From assembly GCA_965205215.1 (NCBI GenBank), contig OZ242041.1, positions 1,216,001 through 1,280,000 on the forward strand: DNA of 64,000 nucleotides, given 5' to 3'. Source of the DNA: Nitrosopumilus sp. (GTDB lineage Archaea > Thermoproteota > Nitrososphaeria > Nitrososphaerales > Nitrosopumilaceae). Positions 52,901 to 62,272 of the stretch are shown here, one piece after another. Position numbers and translations under genes: made by a program. Numbering within the stretch: the stretch's first letter is position 1; each line of letters opens with the position of its first letter. A model generated the notes under the pieces. It was not told the DNA's origin, made no database searches, and saw only the letters and a program-made list of their open reading frames with translations.

Positions 52901-53304
52901 TCCGCCTCCTCCCACTCCGTGGTGTTCTTTGCGACTATCTTTTTGCACTCCGCCACGATACGCTCTATTCCAAACCTCTCGATTGCCTCTGCCTTGCCAC
53001 CAGTCACCCCGAGCTCCTTTTCTGCCTGCAGCTCGATTGGCAGCCCCTGCGTGTCCCATCCGGCGTTGAACTCTACATACGCGCCGCGCAGCGTGCTGAA
53101 CCTGTACCACAGGTCCTTGATTATCCTGCCCCTCAGGTGCCCCACATGCGGCGGGCCGTTCATGGTGGGAGGCCCCTCTATGAACCTGGCCCTTTCTCTG
53201 TCCTTGACGGACTCGAGCAGATCCGACGCGACGTCAGTCTCGGCCAGATATCCCCTCACGCGCAATTCTATGCGCTTGGCATCGAATTTCTGAGATAACT
53301 CCAT
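49921..53304 (-). CDS. ileS: Isoleucyl-tRNA synthetase
   Basis: EGPPTMNG.PHVGH, WTTMPFTL, WCISRER, EGIDQTRGW, KMSKS. Confidence 0.96.
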   Translation of the reverse strand: MELSQKFDAKRIELRVRGYLAETDVASDLLESVKDRERARFIEGPPTMNGPPHVGHLRGRIIKDLWYRFSTLRGAYVEFNAGWDTQGLPIELQAEKELGVTGGKAEAIERFGIERIVAECKKIVAKNTTEWEEADRQLGISLDHDKAYRTFDDKFIEREWKVLKSAKESGVIREDYTVIAYCPSCQTSLSHAEVGQGYKEVVDPSLYYTVELEGEAGGGEDGRVHLVVWTTMPFTLLTDAMVGVHPDEEYAYVRVKQDPDGGNDGGDGGDGRVWVVGKTRLDGFLSEIKAESHEIIKVAKGSSLDGLGYKHPLRDTVPGLDAMLKKHPDKYHKVVAEEFVDVNAGSGLVHIAPANGEEDIKVAAKRGVEVFCPIDDQVRFTWEAGDRYAGVPVRDTDRAIVEELRARGALVRIGRIKHSYPHCWRSGHALVWLARRGYFYDTGAIGGNATRAAEEVEYFFEQPRNRFLGIINDRHPWCISRERIWGCPLPVWKCNDCWESTWLYSRSEIVNNSVYLPDGVDFELHRPWIDNVKVRCSSCSGVNTTREDFVLDTWHNSGSAPWSSLDDYTYHSDVPAPFLTEGIDQTRGWAYTLLLENVILRGEPEAPFRAFLFQGHVLDENGQKMSKSKGNVLEGRKLLEDHPADMIRLYCMWKASPIEPLSFSIQEMNARPHQTISTLYNLHLYFAQNSRYDGFDESAHTIQWADGQDLLRKPERWLLSRLQGLISNVTEKNERCRFHEAARALDDYIVNAFSQTYVRMTRAEIWNEDGGNRDRRLAIYAVLCHVLRALDVMMHPLCPFVTEYLWQSAFGSGDAGGGAVGKSILLAAWPKRDAGMEDSALEESFDMMTGAISACGAARMSKKLKGRWPLDEAVICVRAGQKSRLEPLAPMLQEQINVERLSIMEAEHMGGDGGIGAGDSTGDGGSGGASGESAARLALELEEIGMPITITAELNGKSAGPKAKRHMPDLVKKFGETSPKEIAESLRRRGSHDIRVEDGVTISLDGNDVAIGYDAAEGYATASRGAGTDSCAVFLTTSRNREMTAKGLVKDVARRLQSLRKERGYNPTDMLERASILGLTAEQKEMLEERAGELAFLVRVRGVNFEETCGAYKDEDIDGQEIRVSVE

Positions 53305-53533
53305 TGTGGCCCTTGGCTGTGGCATCTGCGCGCGGCATTATAAAGCTAGGATCAGGGCCGCCCTGCGCGATGGCGTGCTTGGGGGCAGGAGCAGTTGCAC
53401 CGCGCGCGGCGGGGTTTGGCATGGGCCGGTTCCGGCACGCGCACGCTTTGCCGCCACATGTGGCATGTCGAAGGTGGGCCGTACGTGTCCAATCTTTTAA
53501 TTACGTTCGTACCCTGCCGTCACTACGACCCGA

Positions 53534-55000
53534 ATGAAGTTTCTCCTGGTGGGCGGGGGCGGACGCGAGGCCTCCTTTGCGCTAAACCTTGCAGGCGCGG
53601 CGACAGAGATGCAGAGTTCTCCCGGCGGCAGTCTGGACGCGCCCCTCGTGTACGCCGTCACGCCCCACGAGAACCCGCTCATCGCAGACTGTACGAGGCG
53701 GTCCGGCGGTGATTACACGATTGGCAACCCCAGCGACCCGGATACCGTGCTGGAGTATGCCCGCCTGCACTCTGTAGACTATGCGTTTGTAAACGCCGAC
53801 GAGCCGCTTGCCAACGGGGTGGTGGATGCCCTCGTACGCGAAGGCTTCAAGGCGGTGGGCGGCACCAAGTCCGCCACCCGCATAGAGTGGGACAAGGTAT
53901 ACGCAATGGAGATGATGAACCGGCTCTGCCCCGAGCATACCCCACTTTACAGGATCGTACGGGACGAGCGACAGCTTGTCGATGCGATATCCGAGTTTGA
54001 ATCCCGCGGCATGCACCTCGTGGTAAAGCCGCAGGGGCTGACGGGGGGCAAGGGAGTTAAGGTGATGCCGGAGCACCTGGCGTCATACGAGGAGTGCGCC
54101 AGGTATGCATCAGAGCTGCTTGGCGCGCACGGCGGCCGGCAGCAGGTGCTGCTAGTCGAGAAGCTGGACGGGCTTGAGTTTACCATAATGGGACTCACTG
54201 ACGGGATGCATCTTGTGATGTCCCCCGCCACATACGACTATCCGTACCGGCTCGAGGGCGACAGGGGGCCCGGGACGGGTGGCATGGGCTGCTTTTCTGA
54301 CTGCGTCACGCTCCCGTTTCTGTCCGATTCGGATCTGGAGGACTGCCAGACTATAATGCAGAGAGTGATAGACGACATGCGCGCGCGAGGCCTCGGGTTT
54401 ACCGGCGTGCTCAACGGCGGATTCTTCAAGACCGCGGACGGAATCAGGTTCATGGAGTTCAACAGTCGGTTCGGGGATCCGGAGTGCCTCAACATAATGT
54501 CCGTACTGGAGACGCCACTGTCCGAGGTGCTGGTGCGCATGTGGGAAGGCACGCTGTCCGGGGGCACGGTGTCTTTTGCAAACAAGGCGAGCGTCTGCAA
54601 GTATCTGGTTGCAAGGGAGTACCCCTCTGCGAGCCCTGATGCCTCCTGCTTTGAGGTGGACGACGACTCGGTGGGCAGGCTGGGCGTTACGGCATACTAT
54701 GCGTCCTGCGTGCGCGCCGTCGATGGCGGTGGCGGTAGCGATGCCCATGATCACACCGGCGATGACGGCGCGTCAGGCGCTGGCCATACGTACAACAAAT
54801 ACCGCACGCTCAAAAAGTCCCGGGTGGTGGCATTTTGCGCCGCGTCGGACACCGTGCAGGGGGCCTCTGACAGGGTCAACGAGGCAATCGACACGTGCGT
54901 CAGGGCCGGGGGGCTAGAATACAGGCGCGACATAGGCTCCGCCCAGAGCCTGGACGCCATGGATGCGCGCGCAAGGGATCTTGGAGCCTTGCGTACCTGA
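53534..55000 (+). CDS. purD: Phosphoribosylamine-glycine ligase
   Basis: VGGGGRE, GLTGGKGV, GPGTGGMG, EFNSRFGDPE, YRRDIG. Confidence 0.93.
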   Translation: MKFLLVGGGGREASFALNLAGAATEMQSSPGGSLDAPLVYAVTPHENPLIADCTRRSGGDYTIGNPSDPDTVLEYARLHSVDYAFVNADEPLANGVVDALVREGFKAVGGTKSATRIEWDKVYAMEMMNRLCPEHTPLYRIVRDERQLVDAISEFESRGMHLVVKPQGLTGGKGVKVMPEHLASYEECARYASELLGAHGGRQQVLLVEKLDGLEFTIMGLTDGMHLVMSPATYDYPYRLEGDRGPGTGGMGCFSDCVTLPFLSDSDLEDCQTIMQRVIDDMRARGLGFTGVLNGGFFKTADGIRFMEFNSRFGDPECLNIMSVLETPLSEVLVRMWEGTLSGGTVSFANKASVCKYLVAREYPSASPDASCFEVDDDSVGRLGVTAYYASCVRAVDGGGGSDAHDHTGDDGASGAGHTYNKYRTLKKSRVVAFCAASDTVQGASDRVNEAIDTCVRAGGLEYRRDIGSAQSLDAMDARARDLGALRT

Positions 55001-55011
55001 TGCCAGCTCGC

Positions 55012-55023
55012 TCTTTTTTTTTT
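55012..55023 (+). terminator. Oligo-T terminator after purD
   Basis: T-run just after the stop codon, between convergent genes. Confidence 0.5.
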
Positions 55024-55067
55024 GAGACGCGCGCGCAGAGCCCGGATCATCTGGTGTGTGCCGCGCG

Positions 55068-55682
55068 TTATTTCTTGCCGTCCACGTATCTTGTCTTTTT
55101 CTCGGTTATTATCATGTCCACCCTTGCGTCGTGCGGGTCGGCCGGGATCCTTTTTGTGACCTGCTTTTCAAAGAGTATTGCGCATACCGTCGTCGCGGCC
55201 CCCCTGCGCCTTTCAAGATACCTGTCATAGTATCCGCGCCCGTAGCCGAGCCTGTGCCCGTCGGCTGACGCGGCTATGGAGGGCACTATGACCATGTCAA
55301 GCCCGCGCTGCGGGGCCTCCGCGCACGGGCCCGCCGGCTCCATTATCATGCTGTACCTGCGGCCCCACTCGAGTTTCGACGCGTCGCGGACGCGGCAAAA
55401 CTCCATCGCCTCGTCGTCCGTCACCCTTGGCAAGTAGAGCTCCTTGCCTCCTGACATAATCTCTGACATTATCCCTCGCGTGGGCACCTCGCTGCCTATT
55501 GGGTGGTACGCGCCCACGGTCAGGGCCTCTGAAAACTCCCTGCACGAGAGCAGCCTGCGCAGTACGCGCCCCGCGGCAATCTCCGCGTACTCGGCCGACG
55601 TGGCGTCCCTCCTCTCAAGCAGGAGCTTGCGGAGCCTGCTCTTCTCTGCCTGCACGCGCTCAGAGCTCAATTCCGTTTGCAC
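55068..55682 (-). CDS. 5-formyltetrahydrofolate cyclo-ligase
   Basis: RLGYGRGYYDRYL, PHDARVDMIITE. Confidence 0.93.
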   Translation of the reverse strand: MQTELSSERVQAEKSRLRKLLLERRDATSAEYAEIAAGRVLRRLLSCREFSEALTVGAYHPIGSEVPTRGIMSEIMSGGKELYLPRVTDDEAMEFCRVRDASKLEWGRRYSMIMEPAGPCAEAPQRGLDMVIVPSIAASADGHRLGYGRGYYDRYLERRRGAATTVCAILFEKQVTKRIPADPHDARVDMIITEKKTRYVDGKK

Positions 55683-56523
55683 CCGCCGCCGCGGCCGTGG
55701 TGTTCTTTAGCAGCATCGCAACTGTCATGGGCCCGACCCCGCCGGGCACCGGCGTCGCGTGGGAGGCCTTTGATGCCACCTTCTCATAGTCCGCGTCGCC
55801 TGCAAGCTTTCCGTTGTGCCGGGTGATTGCCACGTCTATCACGACGCACCCGTCGCTAATCATGTCCGGCGTCAGCTCGAACCTGCTCCTGTCGCCGACT
55901 GCCGTGATCACCACGTCTGCCATGCCGCTGAACCTGGCGATGTCTTTAGTCTTTGAGTGGCACGTGATTACAGTCGCGTCCCTGCCAAGAAGTAGCTGGT
56001 ACAGGGGCTTGCCGACGAGGCCGCTCCTGTTTATTATCGCGACCGTCTTTCCCGCGAGATCTATCTTGAAGTGGTCAAGCATGTACATAACCGCAAGCGG
56101 GGTGCACGGCACGTGTCCAGCCTGCCCCGCCGCGAGGCGGCCCATGTTGGATATGCCGAGCCCGTCGACGTCTTTTTCCGGCGATATCCTCGATATCGCC
56201 TCTGACGCGTCCAAGTGTCCTGGCAGGGGGAGCTGGAGCAGTATCCCGTGCACCCGGGCGTCCGAGTTCAGTTTCTCGATGAGCGCGTTGAGCTCGTCCT
56301 GTCCGACGCCGGCCCCGAGCCTGTGGTCTATTGCGTTGATCCCGACCTCTGCGCACGCCTCGTGCTTTTTCTTGACGTACGTGGCCGAGGCCTGGTCGTC
56401 TCCGACCAGTATGGTCGCAAGGCACGCCTCGACCCCTTCGCGTTGGAGCCGGAGCACGGATCCCTTGACGTCCGCCTTTACCGCGTCTGCCAGCTCGACC
56501 CCGTTGATTCTGACGCAGGCCAT
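55660..56523 (-). CDS. folD: Methylenetetrahydrofolate dehydrogenase/cyclohydrolase
   Basis: GILLQLPLP, KDVDG, PCTP, TPVPGGVGPMT. Confidence 0.96.
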   Translation of the reverse strand: MACVRINGVELADAVKADVKGSVLRLQREGVEACLATILVGDDQASATYVKKKHEACAEVGINAIDHRLGAGVGQDELNALIEKLNSDARVHGILLQLPLPGHLDASEAISRISPEKDVDGLGISNMGRLAAGQAGHVPCTPLAVMYMLDHFKIDLAGKTVAIINRSGLVGKPLYQLLLGRDATVITCHSKTKDIARFSGMADVVITAVGDRSRFELTPDMISDGCVVIDVAITRHNGKLAGDADYEKVASKASHATPVPGGVGPMTVAMLLKNTTAAAAGANGIEL

Positions 56524-56644
56524 GCGGTGGTGCGCGCCCGCGAGGGTATTAAATCCCATGCATGACAGGCGCCGCGACGCACGGGCCGGGCGCCGCCCTC
56601 CCGATCACCCTCATGTTAAAATCAGAGGCCCCTGCACTCCGGCC

Positions 56645-57649
56645 ATGCCGCCGAGTATACGAATGACTGCAAACGGCATCGTGTGCCGGGACGGATCGCA
56701 GGAGGTCTGGCTCGACCCAAAGGCGCCCGTTCCCGGGGCGGTAAACTTTGTGTCGCACGCGCACACCGACCACCTGCCGGCGGCCCGAAACGGGCGCGGT
56801 GGCGACCGCTGCACGCTGCTGGCATCCCGGCAGACGCACGCGATAGCCGCCGTGCGCGGGTTTCAGCTGGACGATCATTCCGAGCACGCCGACGGCTTTG
56901 AGATGGTCGACAGCGGCCACATCCTGGGATCAAAGGGGCTCCTGTTCGGCGAGACGTTCTATACGGGCGACGTCTGCACCCGCGACAGGGGGTTTCTGAG
57001 GGGGGCCAAGGTGCCCCGGTGCAAGACGCTGATTACGGAGTGCACGTTCGGGCTGCCGGAGTTCGAGTTTCCCCCCGTCCAAGACGTAACGGAGCGCGTA
57101 AACCGCCTCATATCCGAGATGTACGAGCGGAGCGTCCCGGTCGTACTGATGGGGTACCAGCTTGGCAAGGCCCAGACCCTGACCCGCCTGTTCGGGCACT
57201 GGATGCCTCTTTACTTTCATGACTCCGTGCTTGAGATGAACTCGCTGCACGGGCAGCTCGGCGTAAGCCTTGCCGGCGGCATCGGGCATACGGAGGCCGA
57301 GTCCAGAGGCCTGCTTGAGAGGAGGCCGTGGCTGATGATATCGCCAATGCTCTCCGAAAAGACCCGGTTCGTCCGGGATCTAAAGTCGAGGTACGGGGCC
57401 GTTACGATCGGATTCAGCGGGTGGGCAAAGTCCCCGCGGTTTGCGTTTGGCAGGAGGGCCGACTATTCTATACCGATGAGCGACCACTGCGACTACTCCG
57501 AACTGCTCCGGATGGTGCGGCAGTCGGGGGCGGAGACTGTGTATACGACGCACGGATTTGAAGAGGAGTTTGCGCGGGACTTGCAAAAGAAGCTTGGAAT
57601 CGACGCCGTGCCGCTGACTGCCGCGGGGGCCGGCGGTCCGGCGCACTGA
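56645..57649 (+). CDS. MBL-fold / beta-CASP exonuclease
   Basis: SHAHTDH, SGHILGS, YTGD, ECTFG, MSDHCD, THG. Confidence 0.88.
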   Translation: MPPSIRMTANGIVCRDGSQEVWLDPKAPVPGAVNFVSHAHTDHLPAARNGRGGDRCTLLASRQTHAIAAVRGFQLDDHSEHADGFEMVDSGHILGSKGLLFGETFYTGDVCTRDRGFLRGAKVPRCKTLITECTFGLPEFEFPPVQDVTERVNRLISEMYERSVPVVLMGYQLGKAQTLTRLFGHWMPLYFHDSVLEMNSLHGQLGVSLAGGIGHTEAESRGLLERRPWLMISPMLSEKTRFVRDLKSRYGAVTIGFSGWAKSPRFAFGRRADYSIPMSDHCDYSELLRMVRQSGAETVYTTHGFEEEFARDLQKKLGIDAVPLTAAGAGGPAH

Positions 57650-57839
57650 CGGCCCTGCGCTTGCTGCCACACCCTGAGTTTGGCATTACATGGCAGACCA
57701 GACTGTTTGGGGGGAGGGGGGGGGGGAAAGAGAGGAGGTCCAAGCGCACAGATCCATACGGTGCTATTGTCCGGCCTGATACTCGTTCAGTCGCCCCCTT
57801 TGTCTCGGCTCACTGCAGACTCATTGATCGGGCCCTGAA

Positions 57840-59354
57840 CTAGGTTAAAAGCAGAAACATTGACGCGGGGATAATCACATAATCCTGTTTCACCTCCAGA
57901 TCTGATTTTGAAATGACGAGTCCGCTCTTGGTCTTGGTTTTGCCAAGAAAACTGACCAGCCCGGTTATCTCCTTGTGATTAATCCTGTTTCTGTATTTTA
58001 CTTCAATGGGGACCTCTATCCTGCCTCCGTCGTACAGAACAAAGTCTACCTCCTTATTTCTTTCATCTTTCCAGTAGAAGACGTGATTGCAATAGTCAAA
58101 GGTCTGCTTCTTCCTGCTTAGTAAAAAAGCCCACCGAATCAAGTGATCTGCAATTATGCCCTCTGCAATCCTACTCTGGTGGTCTTCCTTCTCAACGTAG
58201 TCTAGGCTGGCCTCGAAGCTGTCCTTTGTACTCATTAGGCCGTTGAATATGTGGAAGAAATAGGGGTCATGAAAATAGAATTTCCTGTCTTTTTGAATCA
58301 TCGGTATTCGCTTGTCAGTGCCATACAGGTGGATAATTGACAAAACAAACAGGTCTTTTAGTGTGTGTGCATAATCGAGGGCAGTGTTCGGGCTGCCTAG
58401 GGCTGCCTCTCTAGAAAGGCCGCTCCAGGATATGTGGCTGCCTTGGCTTTTAATCACTGCCCCGCAAAATTGTTTCAGCATGGTCTCATTTTTTCGAAGC
58501 TCGTTCCATTGGCCGGTCACACTTTCCAGATGCCTCGTATACAAGCCTTCATCAATGGTGGCCGTCTTGATCTTTTCATCTATTACTCCGGGCGTTCCTC
58601 CGGTTAGCATATACTCGCGTAAAATACCGTTTAACTCATCCTGATATGGATGAAGATCGTCCAAGATTTCGTCTATCTCTAGATTTAATAATTTCATAAA
58701 TACTGCTTCCCTGTGCGAGAATGAAAGAAGCTTGTCTTTGCAAATTATCTTCCTGATGTCATCATTTATCAACGGTGCATATTCTGAAAACTTCATCGGA
58801 AGTAGAATTTTGTCATAATTATCCTTGACTTTGCCCCTGCGGCCCGGCAGCTTCTCCGTAGCGTTTCTTATGTCGACTGCGTGCGATCCCGTGACCATGA
58901 CGGTACAATTTCTTAACTTGTTGCTGTCGACCAGCCATTTGATCCCCCTCTGCCAGTCCCGCACTGATGAGACTTCGTCTAAAAACAAATAACGGCGCTT
59001 GCCGTTATACTGTCTGGCGCTGATTCTGAGATAAGTCTCGACAATGTCGACCACGTCCTGCGGCGTGTTCGCCAAATCTAGCGAATAGTACAGAATGTTC
59101 CACGGGGAGACACCCTCTCCCAAAAACTCCTTTATCTGTAATTTGACGAGCGTTGTTTTGCCTACCTGCCTTGGGCCGCGAAGTGAATACACCACTGTAT
59201 TGGAGGGCTCAAACTTATAGTCAATCTCGTACTTGAGCCTGGGGACGTACCTTATCGCTGAGCCTTCCCATTCTTTGATTTTTTGATCGTCCAGTATGCT
59301 TGCCTTGTCTTTCCACCAGGGATTCAAATCTCGTACTGCGCTTTCGTAAACCAT
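57840..59354 (-). CDS. AAA+ ATPase, COG1373/DUF4143 type, with a C-terminal nuclease-like domain
   Basis: GPRQVGKT, LDEV, TGS, GGTP, KFYFHD, EVDFV..IEVK; lower GC than neighbouring genes. Confidence 0.9.
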   Translation of the reverse strand: MVYESAVRDLNPWWKDKASILDDQKIKEWEGSAIRYVPRLKYEIDYKFEPSNTVVYSLRGPRQVGKTTLVKLQIKEFLGEGVSPWNILYYSLDLANTPQDVVDIVETYLRISARQYNGKRRYLFLDEVSSVRDWQRGIKWLVDSNKLRNCTVMVTGSHAVDIRNATEKLPGRRGKVKDNYDKILLPMKFSEYAPLINDDIRKIICKDKLLSFSHREAVFMKLLNLEIDEILDDLHPYQDELNGILREYMLTGGTPGVIDEKIKTATIDEGLYTRHLESVTGQWNELRKNETMLKQFCGAVIKSQGSHISWSGLSREAALGSPNTALDYAHTLKDLFVLSIIHLYGTDKRIPMIQKDRKFYFHDPYFFHIFNGLMSTKDSFEASLDYVEKEDHQSRIAEGIIADHLIRWAFLLSRKKQTFDYCNHVFYWKDERNKEVDFVLYDGGRIEVPIEVKYRNRINHKEITGLVSFLGKTKTKSGLVISKSDLEVKQDYVIIPASMFLLLT

Positions 59355-59362
59355 GTCTGATC

Positions 59363-59451
59363 TTACTGAACGATTCTTTATATATATTATTGAATTTACT
59401 GAACGTTTCTTTATATATATTATTGAATTTACTGAACGTTTCTTTATATAT
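59363..59451. repeat. 33-bp tandem repeat (about 2.7 copies), each containing a TATA box
   Basis: ttactgaacgWttctttatatatattattgaat at 59363, 59396 and 59429. Confidence 0.93.
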
Positions 59452-59497
59452 TCTGCTCGATCCCCTGAACAGTCATTCTAAGTTGGCGCGGACCCCT

Positions 59498-59866
59498 TCA
59501 AACTAGGTGCTGGTTGTTCTTGCCTGCCTGCATGCCGCTGTCCGTCATTGCCGCCGCCGCAGCCATCGTAACGCCTGAAGCGCTTGCCTTCTCCCCCTCG
59601 TTTCTCGAGAACCCTGCCCGCATTCCGCGCCTATTTGTAAATTTGCTGCACGTGCAGCCGTCTGATAGGCATATCCCGGTGTTTCGAAGATGGTCGTGCG
59701 AAAAGTGGCCGCACCCCTCCGTCGTGCATATGCGCCTTTGCGCCTCTCTCTGTACTACGAGCTGTGCTATGGTGTTTGCCTTTGCCTTGTCGTATCCCCT
59801 CCTGTCCATGTAATAGTGGACTATTTTGCCGTACAGCACGTCTGGATTGAATTCTTTTTCAATCAT
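59498..59866 (-). CDS. Small hypothetical protein with a Cys/His cluster
   Basis: C..EGCGHFSHDH...C...CTC. Confidence 0.7.
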   Translation of the reverse strand: MIEKEFNPDVLYGKIVHYYMDRRGYDKAKANTIAQLVVQREAQRRICTTEGCGHFSHDHLRNTGICLSDGCTCSKFTNRRGMRAGFSRNEGEKASASGVTMAAAAAMTDSGMQAGKNNQHLV

Positions 59867-61016
59867 ATCTGTAATACGGCTTTATCGTATTAAAACAGGA
59901 CGTACCGCGCCGCCCGGTTCGTGTATTTACTAGAGTGCCGCCCACTGAAAATTTCGCCTCATGCGCGGCGGTACAGGAATTTGCAGATGTCTGGCCTGGT
60001 TGAGTGCGCCCCGGAGCATTCTGGCATCGCGTGCGTCAGGCCCACCGGAATCCGCGCCTTGCGGAGATTGGGTCAGACGGCGCGCCCTGCGCAGGCCCCG
60101 GGATGTGCGGCCCCTGCGGGCGTCTGCCAAGGCCGCGGCCGCTGCATGCATGGTGCGGGACGCGGAGTATTCCGGTGCAGGGGAACGCTGCAGTCTCTGT
60201 CGCCAGATCCGCCTTCTGTTGCCGGCTGGCGTACCCCGCGTCCCAACCTACTCCTTGCAGAGTTCGAATCGAAAGTAACTCGAACTCAACCAGCAGTTAA
60301 ATCTCACTTTCCCCTGAACCTGCATGTTGACAGGCGTGAATCCGGATGGCAAAGTTTGAATCATAACCGTTCAAGACGCGTCGGCCCCGCCGTAACCGAG
60401 CCTGCCGCAGCCTGCCGCGGCAGGTGATGTCCGGACTGTGGGCAACCTGCACTCCGCGCGCTGTCTTGAACCCGCGACTCCTGCGAGTCTGGCATGATGG
60501 CACCTTGCTGTGGCGTTGTGTTCGCGACTCTTTTGCCCCAACCAGGCCCTCCGCAATCCGTGTCAGAAGCTTGCAACCGCTCGTCGTGCCATGTGGACAT
60601 CTCTGGCACTGTTCGGTTATTGTACTATATGACCTTATATTATGACTATCGCGCTTTGGCAACATGACATGCGCCCCGTTTTCAGGCAGACAGGGTGCGT
60701 GCGATGCTCGTGCTTATGGTCATTATCGGGGGGGGGGGGAGAGGGGTACTCGCGTCGCTTCCTGTTGCCGCACCGGTAGAGGCGGCCGTTGTCACACATG
60801 CCTCCAGAGCTGTGCTGGTGGGGGAGTGCGCGTCAGGCGATCCGGCCCTGATCAAGGCGCAGCTCGACCGGCAGGCTGAGGGCCATTCCATGAGGGATGT
60901 CGGCGGCGATCTAGATGTCTGTGTCACTCACTTCACGACATCGTCAGTAGTAGCCCGTGAGCTGCAGGTAACCCGCGGCGAACAGAAGAGAAATCCAGAT
61001 CGGGGGGGATGGTGAC

Positions 61017-62111
61017 TTGTCGGACGTGGAATTCTGGACTTGGCTCGCATCCGAACCCGCAAGAATCGCAGACTTCGCTCGGCGTGCCGAGGCGCAGGGC
61101 TGGGACGGCGTCGGGGCGGGGGACTCCCAGAGCCGGACGGGAGACCCCTACGTACGCCTCGCGTTCGCAGCCGCCGTAACCGACACGCTTGGTCTTGCCA
61201 CTTCCGTGACGAACCCCGTCACCCGTCACGCCTCGGTGACCGCCACCGCGGCATTTACGATCCAGCGCCTCTCGCGGGGCCGTATGGTCGTCGGCATTGG
61301 CCGCGGCGACAGTGCCCTTGCGCACCTTGGCCGCGCGCCGGCTCGTCTGAAGTGGTTTGAGGCCTATCTTGGACAGCTCCAGACCTACCTTTCTGGCGGT
61401 GAGGTAGGTTTTGACGAATCCAACATACCCGACGAGGTGGCGCCCCTGGTGGACCGGCTCAGTCTCGCGAAAGCGCCCGAGGCCAGCTCCATCCGCTGGG
61501 CCGGAGATGAACCGGACGAGCCGAAGGTGCCGGTCGAAGTCGCTGCAACAGGGCCTCGCGTCATCGGCATCGCCGCCCGGCAGGCCGACAGGATCATGCT
61601 AGCCGTTGGCGCCGACCCCAGGCGCATTGCTTGGGGCATCTCGGCTGCGCGCGAGGCGGCTCGCCTCGCCGATCGGGATGTCGACAGCCTCGGGTTTGGC
61701 GCTCACGTCAATGTAATCTGCGCCGACGATCCAGCCGTGGCCCGCAAGCTTGGTTGCTCCTCCGTAGGGTTGTTCGCTCGCTTCTCCGCAATGTACGGCG
61801 AAGCGGCAGGTCCGGCCGACGACTCGCAAGTCGAGGTCTTTCGTCGGTTGCACGACCGCTACGACATGAACGAGCACGGCCGGCAGGCCGGGCAGCAGGT
61901 CACGGCCCTCACAGACGATTTTATAGATAGATACGCGATTGTCGGATCTCCGGAGTATTGCGCCGACAGGTTGACCGAGCTCTGGAAACTCGGAGTGACG
62001 AAGTTTGCTATAGTCGGCCCGAATTTTATCACGTCAACCCATGAGACCGAAGCGGCCGCGGCGCGGTTTACAGACGAGGTGCTGCCTCTTCTGCGGCAAT
62101 GTTATTGTTAG
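61017..62111 (+). CDS. LLM-class (luciferase-like) flavin/F420-dependent oxidoreductase
   Basis: AEAQGWDG, DSQ..DPY, VTNPVTRH, GIGRGDS, AATGPR. Confidence 0.9.
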   Translation: MSDVEFWTWLASEPARIADFARRAEAQGWDGVGAGDSQSRTGDPYVRLAFAAAVTDTLGLATSVTNPVTRHASVTATAAFTIQRLSRGRMVVGIGRGDSALAHLGRAPARLKWFEAYLGQLQTYLSGGEVGFDESNIPDEVAPLVDRLSLAKAPEASSIRWAGDEPDEPKVPVEVAATGPRVIGIAARQADRIMLAVGADPRRIAWGISAAREAARLADRDVDSLGFGAHVNVICADDPAVARKLGCSSVGLFARFSAMYGEAAGPADDSQVEVFRRLHDRYDMNEHGRQAGQQVTALTDDFIDRYAIVGSPEYCADRLTELWKLGVTKFAIVGPNFITSTHETEAAAARFTDEVLPLLRQCYC

Positions 62112-62272
62112 TGAGCTGTCGGCGGTGTCGTTGGGGGGGGGGGGGAGGAGGAAGAAGGAGAGGAGAAAAAAGTAAACGTCCAGTTTGCCACAGGCGCGTG
62201 GGAACGGCCACGATTATCGTTTACATTCACCGGACAGGCCTGCGGATCCGGCCGGATTAGAATTACTGCGAC

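Noticed and set aside
55814-56644. N-terminal extension of the MBL nuclease ORF
   Set aside because: Antisense to folD.
59363-59451. CRISPR array
   Set aside because: Head-to-tail repeats with no spacers.
60695-61015. 106-aa ORF upstream of the LLM gene
   Set aside because: No recognisable motif; it may be a gene remnant but this cannot be supported.
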